This document shows, in pieces, positions 36,998 through 45,643 of a DNA stretch of 64,000 nt. Below the pieces are notes generated by a model that saw only the letters and a list, made by a program, of their open reading frames with translations, was not told where the DNA came from and made no database searches. The position numbers and the translations under genes were made by a program. How positions within the stretch are numbered: position 1 is the stretch's first letter; every line of letters starts with the position of its first letter. The stretch lies in the IMG/VR virus record IMGVR_UViG_3300017714_002439. The stretch is one strand, 5' to 3'. The stretch is from a virus.

Positions 36998-37559
36998 TAT
37001 TTGGTTAATAAGTGATACACATTTCAATCAAGCAACTATGCTTGAATTTACTGACTGGTCAGGTAAACAAACAAGACCAGGTTTCCGTGATGTAGAACAC
37101 ATGGACGACTTAATGATAGACAACTGGAATAGTGTTGTCAAACCCGAAGATACAATATATCATTTAGGAGATTTAGTGGGTGGACCCAATCCAGAAAAGT
37201 GGATGGCACACAACTGGCATAGACTAAACGGAAACAAAGAGCTAGTAATTGGCAATCATGATGATATAGAATTTCTAAGTGTTGGTGGCTTTTTTAAAAA
37301 AATGCAATACTGGAAAGTGTTAATAGAGTTTGGCATTATAATATCACATGCACCGTTGCACAGAGATGCATTAATTCGCCCTAAAGCAGAACATGGCGAA
37401 CGTGCAGTAGATAAAAAGAATATGGATCTTTGGACAGAAACAACAAACGTGCATGGACATGTTCACAGTAATCCTAGTCCAGACGGACCTTATAGATGTG
37501 TAAGTGTAGAACAATTAAACTATACACCTATTAATATTGACGAAGTGAGAACTACATGA
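36987..37559 (+). CDS. Calcineurin-like metallophosphoesterase (start revised to 36987)
   Basis: ISDTHF, HLGD, GNHD, SHAP, HGHVH. Confidence 0.9.
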   Translation: MTNNIWLISDTHFNQATMLEFTDWSGKQTRPGFRDVEHMDDLMIDNWNSVVKPEDTIYHLGDLVGGPNPEKWMAHNWHRLNGNKELVIGNHDDIEFLSVGGFFKKMQYWKVLIEFGIIISHAPLHRDALIRPKAEHGERAVDKKNMDLWTETTNVHGHVHSNPSPDGPYRCVSVEQLNYTPINIDEVRTT

Positions 37560-37819
37560 GCGAACGACCTTTACCTACAGTAAAACAACTGGCACAGATT
37601 TCAATGGCAGCTGAAGAAGGTGATCCATTTGATTGGGATTCGTTGAATATAAGTAAACAAGCGGCATACGAATTAATGGCCTCACATGCATTAGAATTAT
37701 ATGCAACCCAAGGACCATATAGAGATATTATACTATTATCATCTCTAACAAAATCAATAGTAGAAAATTTTATACTAAACTTAAAACTGGAGCAAAATGA
37801 AAAACAATCCGAACAGTAA
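37556..37819 (+). CDS. Hypothetical protein
   Basis: ATGA overlap. Confidence 0.7.
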   Translation: MSERPLPTVKQLAQISMAAEEGDPFDWDSLNISKQAAYELMASHALELYATQGPYRDIILLSSLTKSIVENFILNLKLEQNEKQSEQ

Positions 37820-38453
37820 ATTTTTTATTAATTGGGCCAGTGGAACAGGCGGTGACTTCCTAATTGGAATATTACACCTGTTATATCCATTCCCACATAC
37901 AAGTAAAATAGAAGTAAATGAACGTAATATGTGGAGACATGAAAACCAAGCAGAAGATAGACTAAGAATGTTTGAATGTGATGATATTAATCTTATTCAG
38001 CAATCATTAAATGATATGCTTCCTGGTGAAATATTTCAATACCATCAATATTTGTCAGATCCATTAACTATTCCAAAAGATGTATTAGCTATTAATATTA
38101 CTACAAATGATATATATGAAGAAAGTTTTATAGCACATTTATATAATATTAAAGCTAGAAAACCAGAAAGTGTTGCAGAAATAAGCATAGTTAGGCAAAG
38201 CACACAAATACCAAATATAGTTAATATAGATTATAAAACATTATATGACAATCCTTCAAATGAGATAGTATTTAATATACTTAATATGTTTGGTAGAGCA
38301 GATGCATTTTCACCAGCAGTTGTAGACTGTTTAAATGCATATCATTTGCATAACATAAAATGTATTGAAGATCAACATCAAGATGAGAAGCCAAATCCCT
38401 TCCAAAAACAAATTAATACCTTCCAAGAACTATGTGATCATTTTAAAATATAA
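37797..38453 (+). CDS. Hypothetical protein, possibly sulfotransferase-like
   Basis: INWASGTGGDFL glycine loop, IDYKTLY. Confidence 0.4.
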   Translation: MKNNPNSKFFINWASGTGGDFLIGILHLLYPFPHTSKIEVNERNMWRHENQAEDRLRMFECDDINLIQQSLNDMLPGEIFQYHQYLSDPLTIPKDVLAINITTNDIYEESFIAHLYNIKARKPESVAEISIVRQSTQIPNIVNIDYKTLYDNPSNEIVFNILNMFGRADAFSPAVVDCLNAYHLHNIKCIEDQHQDEKPNPFQKQINTFQELCDHFKI

Positions 38454-38471
38454 CTCTTTTGTTCAGTAGTC

Positions 38472-38478
38472 ATAAATA
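38472..38478 (+). promoter_or_regulatory. Late promoter motif at the start of the putative head-cargo cluster
   Basis: ATAAATA 30 nt before ATG 38508. Confidence 0.6.
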
Positions 38479-38507
38479 CTACTAATAAGAAATATTGGAG
38501 TTATTAA

Positions 38508-39542
38508 ATGAGATTACACAATTTATTTGAAAATACAACACCTGAATCCTTAATTGAAGATATTATTGATATTGAGCTTACTGATGATTTTGCAATAGAA
38601 GGCAGAATAGTAGAATTCAACGAAGATGGTAGTATTACAGTAGAATTAGATGAACAAGCACAAGAATTAGTAGATCTTGATGAAGAAGTTCTTAACGAAT
38701 TTATACCATTAGCAATTGGTGCCGCGGCACTAGGTTTGACAGCCTATGATGCCTATAGAAATTACAAAGCATACAAGCGAGGTGATATCACTAAACAACA
38801 ATTAGCAAAACGTGTAGGCGTTGATGCTGCAATTGGTATTACAACTGGTGGTATTGGTAAACTTGCAAGTAAGGCATACAAAGCCGGTAAAGCCGGTGTT
38901 CAAGCATACAAGGCCAAAAAAGCGGCTAACGTAACTCCAAATAATGTAGCAAAAGTTGAACCATCTGCACTACCGGCAACAGGCGCAGCGACAGGAAATG
39001 CAGCTGGAAAAACAACTGCAAAGAAAGCCGATGATGTTAAAGCCAAAAAGAAAGCTGCACGTAAAAAAGCAGGCAAAAGACTTCGTAGAGCAGGAATGGG
39101 TGCATATGGCAGTGTAGATTATGATGATCCATTACAAAGAGCAGTAAGCAACTTTTCTTTTGAATCAGAAGATGAATTTGAACCACACATGATGTATGAT
39201 CCTGAAACAGGTGAAGGCAAAATGGCACATACAGAAGCTGATCATTTAAAAATGAAAGACATGGGTTGGACACACGATAATCCAAAAACTAAAGAAATCG
39301 AAGAAGCAGAATACCAAGGACGTAAAGTTAAACTTGGTAAGCCCATGGCAGGTGATGTTAAGAAGTTTAAAGTATACGTCAAGAATCCAAAAGGTAATGT
39401 AGTCAAAGTTAACTTTGGACAAAAGGGTGTTAAGATTAAAAAGAACAATCCTGCAAGACGCAAAAGTTTCCGAGCAAGACACAACTGTGATAATCCAGGT
39501 CCTAGACATAAGGCACGTTATTGGTCATGTAGGAAATGGTAA
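38508..39542 (+). CDS. Putative virion (internal head) modular protein
   Basis: MRLHNLFE leader; amphipathic Ala/Gly helices; basic C-terminal module RKSFRARHNC...ARYWSCRKW (DUF6321-like). Confidence 0.65.
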   Translation: MRLHNLFENTTPESLIEDIIDIELTDDFAIEGRIVEFNEDGSITVELDEQAQELVDLDEEVLNEFIPLAIGAAALGLTAYDAYRNYKAYKRGDITKQQLAKRVGVDAAIGITTGGIGKLASKAYKAGKAGVQAYKAKKAANVTPNNVAKVEPSALPATGAATGNAAGKTTAKKADDVKAKKKAARKKAGKRLRRAGMGAYGSVDYDDPLQRAVSNFSFESEDEFEPHMMYDPETGEGKMAHTEADHLKMKDMGWTHDNPKTKEIEEAEYQGRKVKLGKPMAGDVKKFKVYVKNPKGNVVKVNFGQKGVKIKKNNPARRKSFRARHNCDNPGPRHKARYWSCRKW

Positions 39543-39543
39543 A

Positions 39544-40290
39544 ATGCGTGTCAATGAAATTGTAAGCAAAACATCTATAGAATCTATATTTGAAGATTTA
39601 GATCCAAAGTCAGAAGTATATGTTGACATGGATGGAGTTCTTGCTGATTTCTTTGGCGTATGGAACCAAATGATGGGTGTTAAGCATTGGAAAGAAATCA
39701 AAGACACTGACGCTGCACTACAAAAAATCAAAGATACAAAAGACTTTTGGATTAACTTACCAATGACACGTAATGGTAAAAGTTTGCTAAATGCAATTAA
39801 AAGATTCAAAGGAAAATATAATATACTAAGTGCTCCCCTTCCAGGTGATCCTAATTCAGAACCACAAAAGCGTGAATGGATCCAAAAGCATTTAAGTATG
39901 TTCCCGCCATCAAAAATTATTATAGACCACGATAAGGCCGCATATGCCAAGCAAGCAGATGGAACTCCAAATGCATTAATTGATGATTTTGGACAAAATA
40001 TAAGCAAGTGGGAGAATGCAGGTGGTGTAGGAATACAACACAAAGATATACAAATTGGTAATACTATTTCAAGACTAGCAAAAGCATTAGATACTAAGGA
40101 AGACCCAGTAGAAGAAAACTTTGCTGATGGTAAGAAAAAAGGTAAAAGCAGACCAGGGCGTGTAAAACGTTCAGGTGCAAGTTGTAATGGTAGTGTAACA
40201 GAACTAAGAGCCAAAGCAAAAAAAGCCAGTGGAGAAAAAGCAAAAATGTATCACTGGTGTGCTAACATGAAATCAGGAAAAAAGAAATAA
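39544..40290 (+). CDS. HAD 5'(3')-deoxyribonucleotidase-like protein with N-terminal leader and basic C-terminal module (start revised to 39544)
   Basis: VYVDMDGVLADF, ILSAP, LIDD; leader MRVNEIVSKTSIESIFE. Confidence 0.85.
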   Translation: MRVNEIVSKTSIESIFEDLDPKSEVYVDMDGVLADFFGVWNQMMGVKHWKEIKDTDAALQKIKDTKDFWINLPMTRNGKSLLNAIKRFKGKYNILSAPLPGDPNSEPQKREWIQKHLSMFPPSKIIIDHDKAAYAKQADGTPNALIDDFGQNISKWENAGGVGIQHKDIQIGNTISRLAKALDTKEDPVEENFADGKKKGKSRPGRVKRSGASCNGSVTELRAKAKKASGEKAKMYHWCANMKSGKKK

Positions 40291-41066
40291 TGGATAAAGA
40301 ATTCATATTAAAAAATATGCACGAAAGTCGTAAGGCTCAACGTAATTATTCAGATAAAAAAGTAGACCAAGAAACTGTTGATTTTTTAACAGAGATTGCC
40401 GTTAATGCTCCTAGTAAACAAAACGAAGTAGATTTTACTCTTGCTATTATTACAAATGAAGATATGCTTAAAGAACATGAAGAAAGATTTACTTGGGGAT
40501 ATCACTGGAATACAACTAACAGTGCAATGCATAATACACAAGTTCACGCACCATTGATATTTGTATATGGTCAGACTTTACCAGAAGATATATATAAAGA
40601 TATATGGGCAGCTGATGAAGATGGACCTGGTGTTAATGAAATGTTTGAAGAACAGTTCAGAGATACACAAAATTTATCAATGGGTATTAGTTCAGGGCAA
40701 CTTGTTTTAGCGGCACATATGATGGGATTAAAAACTGGTTTCAGTCAAAATACAATGCACAACGGAGTAGATAGTTTTAGTTGGAAAGAATTTTTAGGTT
40801 ATGATAGAAACGAGTTTTATAGTCCAAAAATAGTAGTAGGCGTTGGATATCCAGATGAAACTTTAAAGTGGCATCAAACTAGAAACTTAGAATATGTTGT
40901 TGCACACCCAGATGAGAAAAACTTAGATACTAAGCCCTATTTAGAAATTTGCAGTGATGATATAAGACAATATCCTAACGGTGATGTATATAGCTTTGGC
41001 CATAAGAGTTCAAAAAAAGATGGCACACCAAAACCCAAAGATGTTAAAGTAAAGAGGTTCTTTTAG
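40290..41066 (+). CDS. Nitroreductase-superfamily protein
   Basis: RKAQRNY, NAPSKQNE, SMGISSGQLVLAAHMMGLKTG, VGVGYP; paralog of 14530. Confidence 0.7.
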   Translation: MDKEFILKNMHESRKAQRNYSDKKVDQETVDFLTEIAVNAPSKQNEVDFTLAIITNEDMLKEHEERFTWGYHWNTTNSAMHNTQVHAPLIFVYGQTLPEDIYKDIWAADEDGPGVNEMFEEQFRDTQNLSMGISSGQLVLAAHMMGLKTGFSQNTMHNGVDSFSWKEFLGYDRNEFYSPKIVVGVGYPDETLKWHQTRNLEYVVAHPDEKNLDTKPYLEICSDDIRQYPNGDVYSFGHKSSKKDGTPKPKDVKVKRFF

Positions 41067-41067
41067 T

Positions 41068-42231
41068 ATGTCACATCCAACAGCATGTTCAAAAAGTTGG
41101 ACAGACGTAAATATAAATTTCAAAAGAGGCAAAATGGGGCATTGCTGTAAAGCTGAATTGCATCCTTTCCCTAATGAATATACAAAAGACTTTTTTACCA
41201 ATAGTGAACTCATTCAAAAACGTAGACAAGACACTCTTAATGGTATTCAACATTCAGATTGTCAAACTTGTTGGGCTGATGTTAACAATGGAATTACTTC
41301 GTTTAAGGATTTGATGAATGAATGGAATAATTTTGATCAGCCAATAGACAAGCCACACATTGAATACATTGAAGTAGAATTAGATAATACATGCGATCTA
41401 AGTTGTTTATATTGTAATGCTGATCAAAGCAGTAAAATTGCACAAGAAGAAGGCATAATAGTTCCTGACATGACACGACAAAAAGATATTGATATTTACA
41501 AAGAGTGGCTAAAAGATATAGTTAATAATTCTCCAAGAAATATAACTTTAGCCTTTATGGGTGGAGAACCTACAGCAAGTAAATTATTTTACGAACTGAT
41601 TGAGTATATTGTAACATTAGATGCCAGTAAACTTACACTACAGGTAACAACAAATTGTAATACCAAAGATTTTCTATTTAATAAATTTTTAGATGCAATA
41701 GATAAAGTGGGCGGTGTAGAAATTAATATCAGTAATGAAAGTTTTAAAGAAGACAGTAAGCTAATTAGATATGGGTTAGATTGGGATAGATTTGAAAAAA
41801 ATGTAAAGGCTTATGCATTACACAAAAAAGTAACCTTCATTAGTTTTGATACTACTATGAATATTCTTGCACTTCCTACATATAGTAAATACATTCAATG
41901 GATTTTTGATACAATGTCAAAATATAATAAACCTTTTAGTATATCAGGCGATATGGTGGTTATTCCAAATGAGTTAGATATAGCAATACTTCCAGCATCT
42001 TTTAAAACTTATATAGACCAGGCAATACAAATAGTTAACGAAAATCAATTACCTAATTGTATATCAAAAGATAAGATTTTATCATTTATGGAATCAGGAA
42101 TAGATCGTGTTAGTTCTAATTATAAAGAAGATTATAAGAATATAGTTAGACAGTTCTTAGAACCAAAACAAAAATATAAAAATACAGATAAACTTATGAG
42201 GTTAATAGACCCACTAGGAGCAATACAATGA
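41068..42231 (+). CDS. Radical SAM protein with N-terminal SPASM/twitch-like domain
   Basis: CDLSCLYC, FMGGEP, N-terminal C..HCC..CQTC. Confidence 0.85.
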   Translation: MSHPTACSKSWTDVNINFKRGKMGHCCKAELHPFPNEYTKDFFTNSELIQKRRQDTLNGIQHSDCQTCWADVNNGITSFKDLMNEWNNFDQPIDKPHIEYIEVELDNTCDLSCLYCNADQSSKIAQEEGIIVPDMTRQKDIDIYKEWLKDIVNNSPRNITLAFMGGEPTASKLFYELIEYIVTLDASKLTLQVTTNCNTKDFLFNKFLDAIDKVGGVEINISNESFKEDSKLIRYGLDWDRFEKNVKAYALHKKVTFISFDTTMNILALPTYSKYIQWIFDTMSKYNKPFSISGDMVVIPNELDIAILPASFKTYIDQAIQIVNENQLPNCISKDKILSFMESGIDRVSSNYKEDYKNIVRQFLEPKQKYKNTDKLMRLIDPLGAIQ

Positions 42232-42455
42232 CACAAGACGACATTTACAGATTACAATATCTTGCAGGTATTATAGACAAACAAGGCACCCGTGTAAGTG
42301 GCACAGATGAATCTAACATAAGTATTGTTGGTAGTGCTAAAGGTGAATACATGCGTAAGCATAATGTTAAGCCAGGCACAGACGAATGGTTTAAACTATG
42401 GTTTAGCAGACCAAAACTAACTGGTGAAGACCCAACACCAAAGCAAGGCGGATAA
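42228..42455 (+). CDS. Small hypothetical protein
   Basis: LQYLAGI; VKPGTDEWFKLWF. Confidence 0.7.
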   Translation: MTQDDIYRLQYLAGIIDKQGTRVSGTDESNISIVGSAKGEYMRKHNVKPGTDEWFKLWFSRPKLTGEDPTPKQGG

Positions 42456-42456
42456 C

Positions 42457-43605
42457 ATGTTAATTAATGAAGTAATTATCTTGCAGGAAGAAACACTAGA
42501 TATTAACTCTATTGTAACACCTGCGATCAAATACTTGGATAAAGTATTTAAAGATAATAACTTCGAAATACGTATTGTCGGCGGCGCAGTGCGTGACATT
42601 GCACTAAACAAAGCACCCAAGGATATTGACTTTGCCTCAGATGCAACACCAGATGAAATGATTGCTATGTTTGATAAAGAAGCAATCAAATACATTCCTA
42701 CAGGTTTACAACACGGAACAATCACCGCAGTAGTAAACGGAGAAGATTTTGAAATTACAACACTAAGAGCAGACAAAGAAACAGACGGCAGACATGCTGA
42801 AGTTGAGTTTGTTCGTAGTTGGGAAGAGGATGCTAAACGCAGAGACTTAACATACAATGCCATGAGCATGGATATTGATGGCGAGCTATACGATTACCAC
42901 AATGGCATGGACGACTTACAAAACAAAGTAAGTAAATTTGTAGGCGATCCAGAACAAAGAATTACAGAAGATTATTTACGTATACTACGTTACTTCCGTT
43001 TCCAGGGCAGGTTAGCAGAACCTACTTGGGATAAAGATACATTACAAGCAATTAAAATGCATGCCAAAGGACTATCCGGTATTAGTGCCGAGAGAATATG
43101 GGCAGAAATGAGCAAAGCACTTTCAGGACAAAATGTTGCAAGTATATTATCAACTATGCATAAAACAGGTGTAGCACAAGTAATAGGATTAAACGTAAAC
43201 AATTTAGGTGCAATAAAAGATGGTGGCAACCCAATTATAGCACTAGCACAACTAGGCAACGATGTAGACATTGCAAAGCGTTGGAAAATGAAAAATACAG
43301 AAGCAGAGTTATTGGGCTTTTTAGTCAAGCACAAAAACGATACACTTGATCAAAAGAAAGTGGAAGATATGATTGCCGATGGTGTTAAGCGTGAGCTTAT
43401 TACAGCACTGGCATCAATGCAAAACAAAAACGTAAACATAGATGCAAAAGTTCCAGACTTTCCTGTAACAGGAGCAGACTTAATTGCTAAAGGCATGAAA
43501 CCAGGCCCAGACTTAGGTAAAAAATTAGCACAACTAAAGCAACAATGGAAGGCTGGTAATTTTAAAGCTAGTAAGGAAGATTTGCTAAATACTAGTAAGG
43601 AGTAA
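42457..43605 (+). CDS. cca: Class II tRNA nucleotidyltransferase (CCA-adding enzyme; start revised to 42457)
   Basis: VGGAVRD, DIDFA (DxD), EITTLR..TDGRHAEVEF, RRDLTYNAM, EDYLRILR, ERIWAE; no PAP I signature seen. Confidence 0.9.
   Translation: MLINEVIILQEETLDINSIVTPAIKYLDKVFKDNNFEIRIVGGAVRDIALNKAPKDIDFASDATPDEMIAMFDKEAIKYIPTGLQHGTITAVVNGEDFEITTLRADKETDGRHAEVEFVRSWEEDAKRRDLTYNAMSMDIDGELYDYHNGMDDLQNKVSKFVGDPEQRITEDYLRILRYFRFQGRLAEPTWDKDTLQAIKMHAKGLSGISAERIWAEMSKALSGQNVASILSTMHKTGVAQVIGLNVNNLGAIKDGGNPIIALAQLGNDVDIAKRWKMKNTEAELLGFLVKHKNDTLDQKKVEDMIADGVKRELITALASMQNKNVNIDAKVPDFPVTGADLIAKGMKPGPDLGKKLAQLKQQWKAGNFKASKEDLLNTSKE
43586..43591 (+). promoter_or_regulatory. Late promoter motif
   Basis: TAAATA before AAGGAG SD and ATG 43610. 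Confidence 0.5.
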
Positions 43606-43609
43606 CACA

Positions 43610-45451
43610 ATGAGAATTACCGAAGTAGACAACCCAGTAACACAGGCTGATATTGATCAGTTAGAAGTGTTTGCTGACCGTTTGTTTGCTAAAGTAGGCA
43701 TTGATGTAGAATTTACTCGACACTTTTTAGACAGAGTCAATGACGAACGTAATGTAAAACAAATTACAATGTCAGAGCTTACCCGACTATTCAAACAAGA
43801 ATACAAACGTTGGGGCAAGCCAATTGCACAATTAGGCCCAGATGCAGAAGCAGTAATGAAAGATATGGCAACAGATATTAACTTGCCATTTGCACTACGT
43901 TGGGACCACCAAAACAAAGAATTAGATCTAGTTGCTAAAACAGTAATGCGTAAACCAGATTTTAAAACATCTAATCCAGAATTTGCAGTAGAAGATATTA
44001 AACAAAGTGGTGCATTAAAAGTTGTTAACAATTTAGCAGCTCGTAGTGGAAATGAAGCATTTCCTATTAAATTTGATAGTGGTAAACTAATTTATGTGAA
44101 GCCAATTACTGCTCGCAAAATTTTAAGACTATTTGATATTGCTCCAAAAGATATGATAGATAAGTTTATGACTTATATTAACACAGCAAATGGATTTAGA
44201 GAATTGGCTCATTATGCAAATAAGAGTGTAAAAGGAACTGTAAAAGAAGATCCAAATGAAGGCTTAAAATCTTTATTTAAACCTAATGCTTATGCGGCCG
44301 CGGCAGCTAGACTGCACAGTGTATTACAACGTAAGAAAAAAGAAAATGACGCAGAAGGCAAGCCATTTAGACATGCACTAGGTTGGTATGCATCTAGAAT
44401 CGCAAGTGGATATCAAGCACATATTGACACAAGAGAATTAGTAGCATACTATCAAGATAATTATGATGCAGTATTAAGTGAAAGTGATTTACCTTATATC
44501 TCTGAAGAAGCCGCACCTAAACTTGATTACGATCAATTAAAAATAAAAATTCCAGCTAATGATAATGTTAAACCAAAAATGGGACAAGTTATTAGTTTAG
44601 ATGATGCACGTGCTAAAGCACAAGCACAATTAAATAGTTTATCGCCTGCAGAGAAAAAAGCTGCAAACCAATTTATTAAAAAAAATCCTAGTTTATTAAA
44701 AAGACTTGCTAACGTAGGAGCAAGGTCAACAGCAAGACATGGAGTTGTTACATTAGGTAGTGTTGCAACAGGACCCATGGCACCAGCTACTATTGTAGTA
44801 TTAAATGTTGCATTATTAGGTTGGGATATAGCAGATATGGGAGTAGAAATTTGGAAATGGTCAAGAGGTGATAAAACTGTTGATGTAGAAATGCCAAGAG
44901 GCAATGTTGATGCAGAATGGGATCCTAACTTACAACTTGAAATACCAGAATATCCTACAACTTGGCCAATGGATAGAACAGGACAAGTATTAAAAAAGAA
45001 GCAGGCAGAATGGGAAAAAGAATTTGGCAAAACACACAAACATGATGGAAAGCCTATTGAAATTCCAGCATTTAAACCATTAGAAATTCCAACCACTTCA
45101 CCAGCTCAACCAAAGAATCCAGAAAATCCGGATAATCCAGAGGTGCCGGACAGCAAACCATCTGATCAGCCAGATATTAAAATTCCACAGCCGCTTAAAG
45201 CACCTCAACAGGACATTCCATTTGTTCCACCAGCAAATGCAACTGACCAAGAAATAGCATTTAAAAAAGATGCATCTCCAGTAGCAACAACTGTAGGCGG
45301 AACTACACCACCGGGTAATGGTAATAGAAATAATAAGAATAAAAAGCGTAAAAAGAAAAAAGATTGGGGATCCGGAGGCGATGTTGATTATGATGATCCA
45401 TTACAGCGTTGGCAGAAGAAATATGGAACATGGGAACCGAGATCCCGATGA
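43610..45451 (+). CDS. Putative virion modular protein with possible RelE/BECR-like N-terminal domain and Pro-rich region
   Basis: MRITE leader; VEFTRHFLDRVNDERN; hydrophobic helices; Pro-rich linker; basic tail. Confidence 0.6.
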   Translation: MRITEVDNPVTQADIDQLEVFADRLFAKVGIDVEFTRHFLDRVNDERNVKQITMSELTRLFKQEYKRWGKPIAQLGPDAEAVMKDMATDINLPFALRWDHQNKELDLVAKTVMRKPDFKTSNPEFAVEDIKQSGALKVVNNLAARSGNEAFPIKFDSGKLIYVKPITARKILRLFDIAPKDMIDKFMTYINTANGFRELAHYANKSVKGTVKEDPNEGLKSLFKPNAYAAAAARLHSVLQRKKKENDAEGKPFRHALGWYASRIASGYQAHIDTRELVAYYQDNYDAVLSESDLPYISEEAAPKLDYDQLKIKIPANDNVKPKMGQVISLDDARAKAQAQLNSLSPAEKKAANQFIKKNPSLLKRLANVGARSTARHGVVTLGSVATGPMAPATIVVLNVALLGWDIADMGVEIWKWSRGDKTVDVEMPRGNVDAEWDPNLQLEIPEYPTTWPMDRTGQVLKKKQAEWEKEFGKTHKHDGKPIEIPAFKPLEIPTTSPAQPKNPENPDNPEVPDSKPSDQPDIKIPQPLKAPQQDIPFVPPANATDQEIAFKKDASPVATTVGGTTPPGNGNRNNKNKKRKKKKDWGSGGDVDYDDPLQRWQKKYGTWEPRSR

Positions 45452-45639
45452 AAATAAAAGACATACTAAAGTTACCCAGTATTGAAATTGGAGATGAGAT
45501 ATTAGTAGGCAAATTTAAAAACCGTAAAGCAGTAGTTACAGGGTTTGCAACAGATGAGAATAATCAGCCTGTGTTAAAGACAACCAAAGGCGATCAAAAA
45601 CTATTCAAGCCAAGAATAGTTAAATTAATGGATAAATAG
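45448..45639 (+). CDS. Small SH3/KOW-like putative virion protein (start revised to 45448)
   Basis: MKIKDILK leader; IEIGDEILVGKFKN; ATGA overlap. Confidence 0.65.
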   Translation: MKIKDILKLPSIEIGDEILVGKFKNRKAVVTGFATDENNQPVLKTTKGDQKLFKPRIVKLMDK

Positions 45640-45643
45640 TTGT

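Noticed and set aside
39525-40214. 229-aa antisense ORF
   Set aside because: Shadow of the HAD gene, lacks SD and recognizable motifs; the same applies to other antisense ORFs (e.g. 1045-1494, 31587-32141, 44533-45096)
42457-43605. Poly(A) polymerase assignment
   Set aside because: No PAP I signature seen; EDxxR motif and loop sequence fit the CCA-adding type
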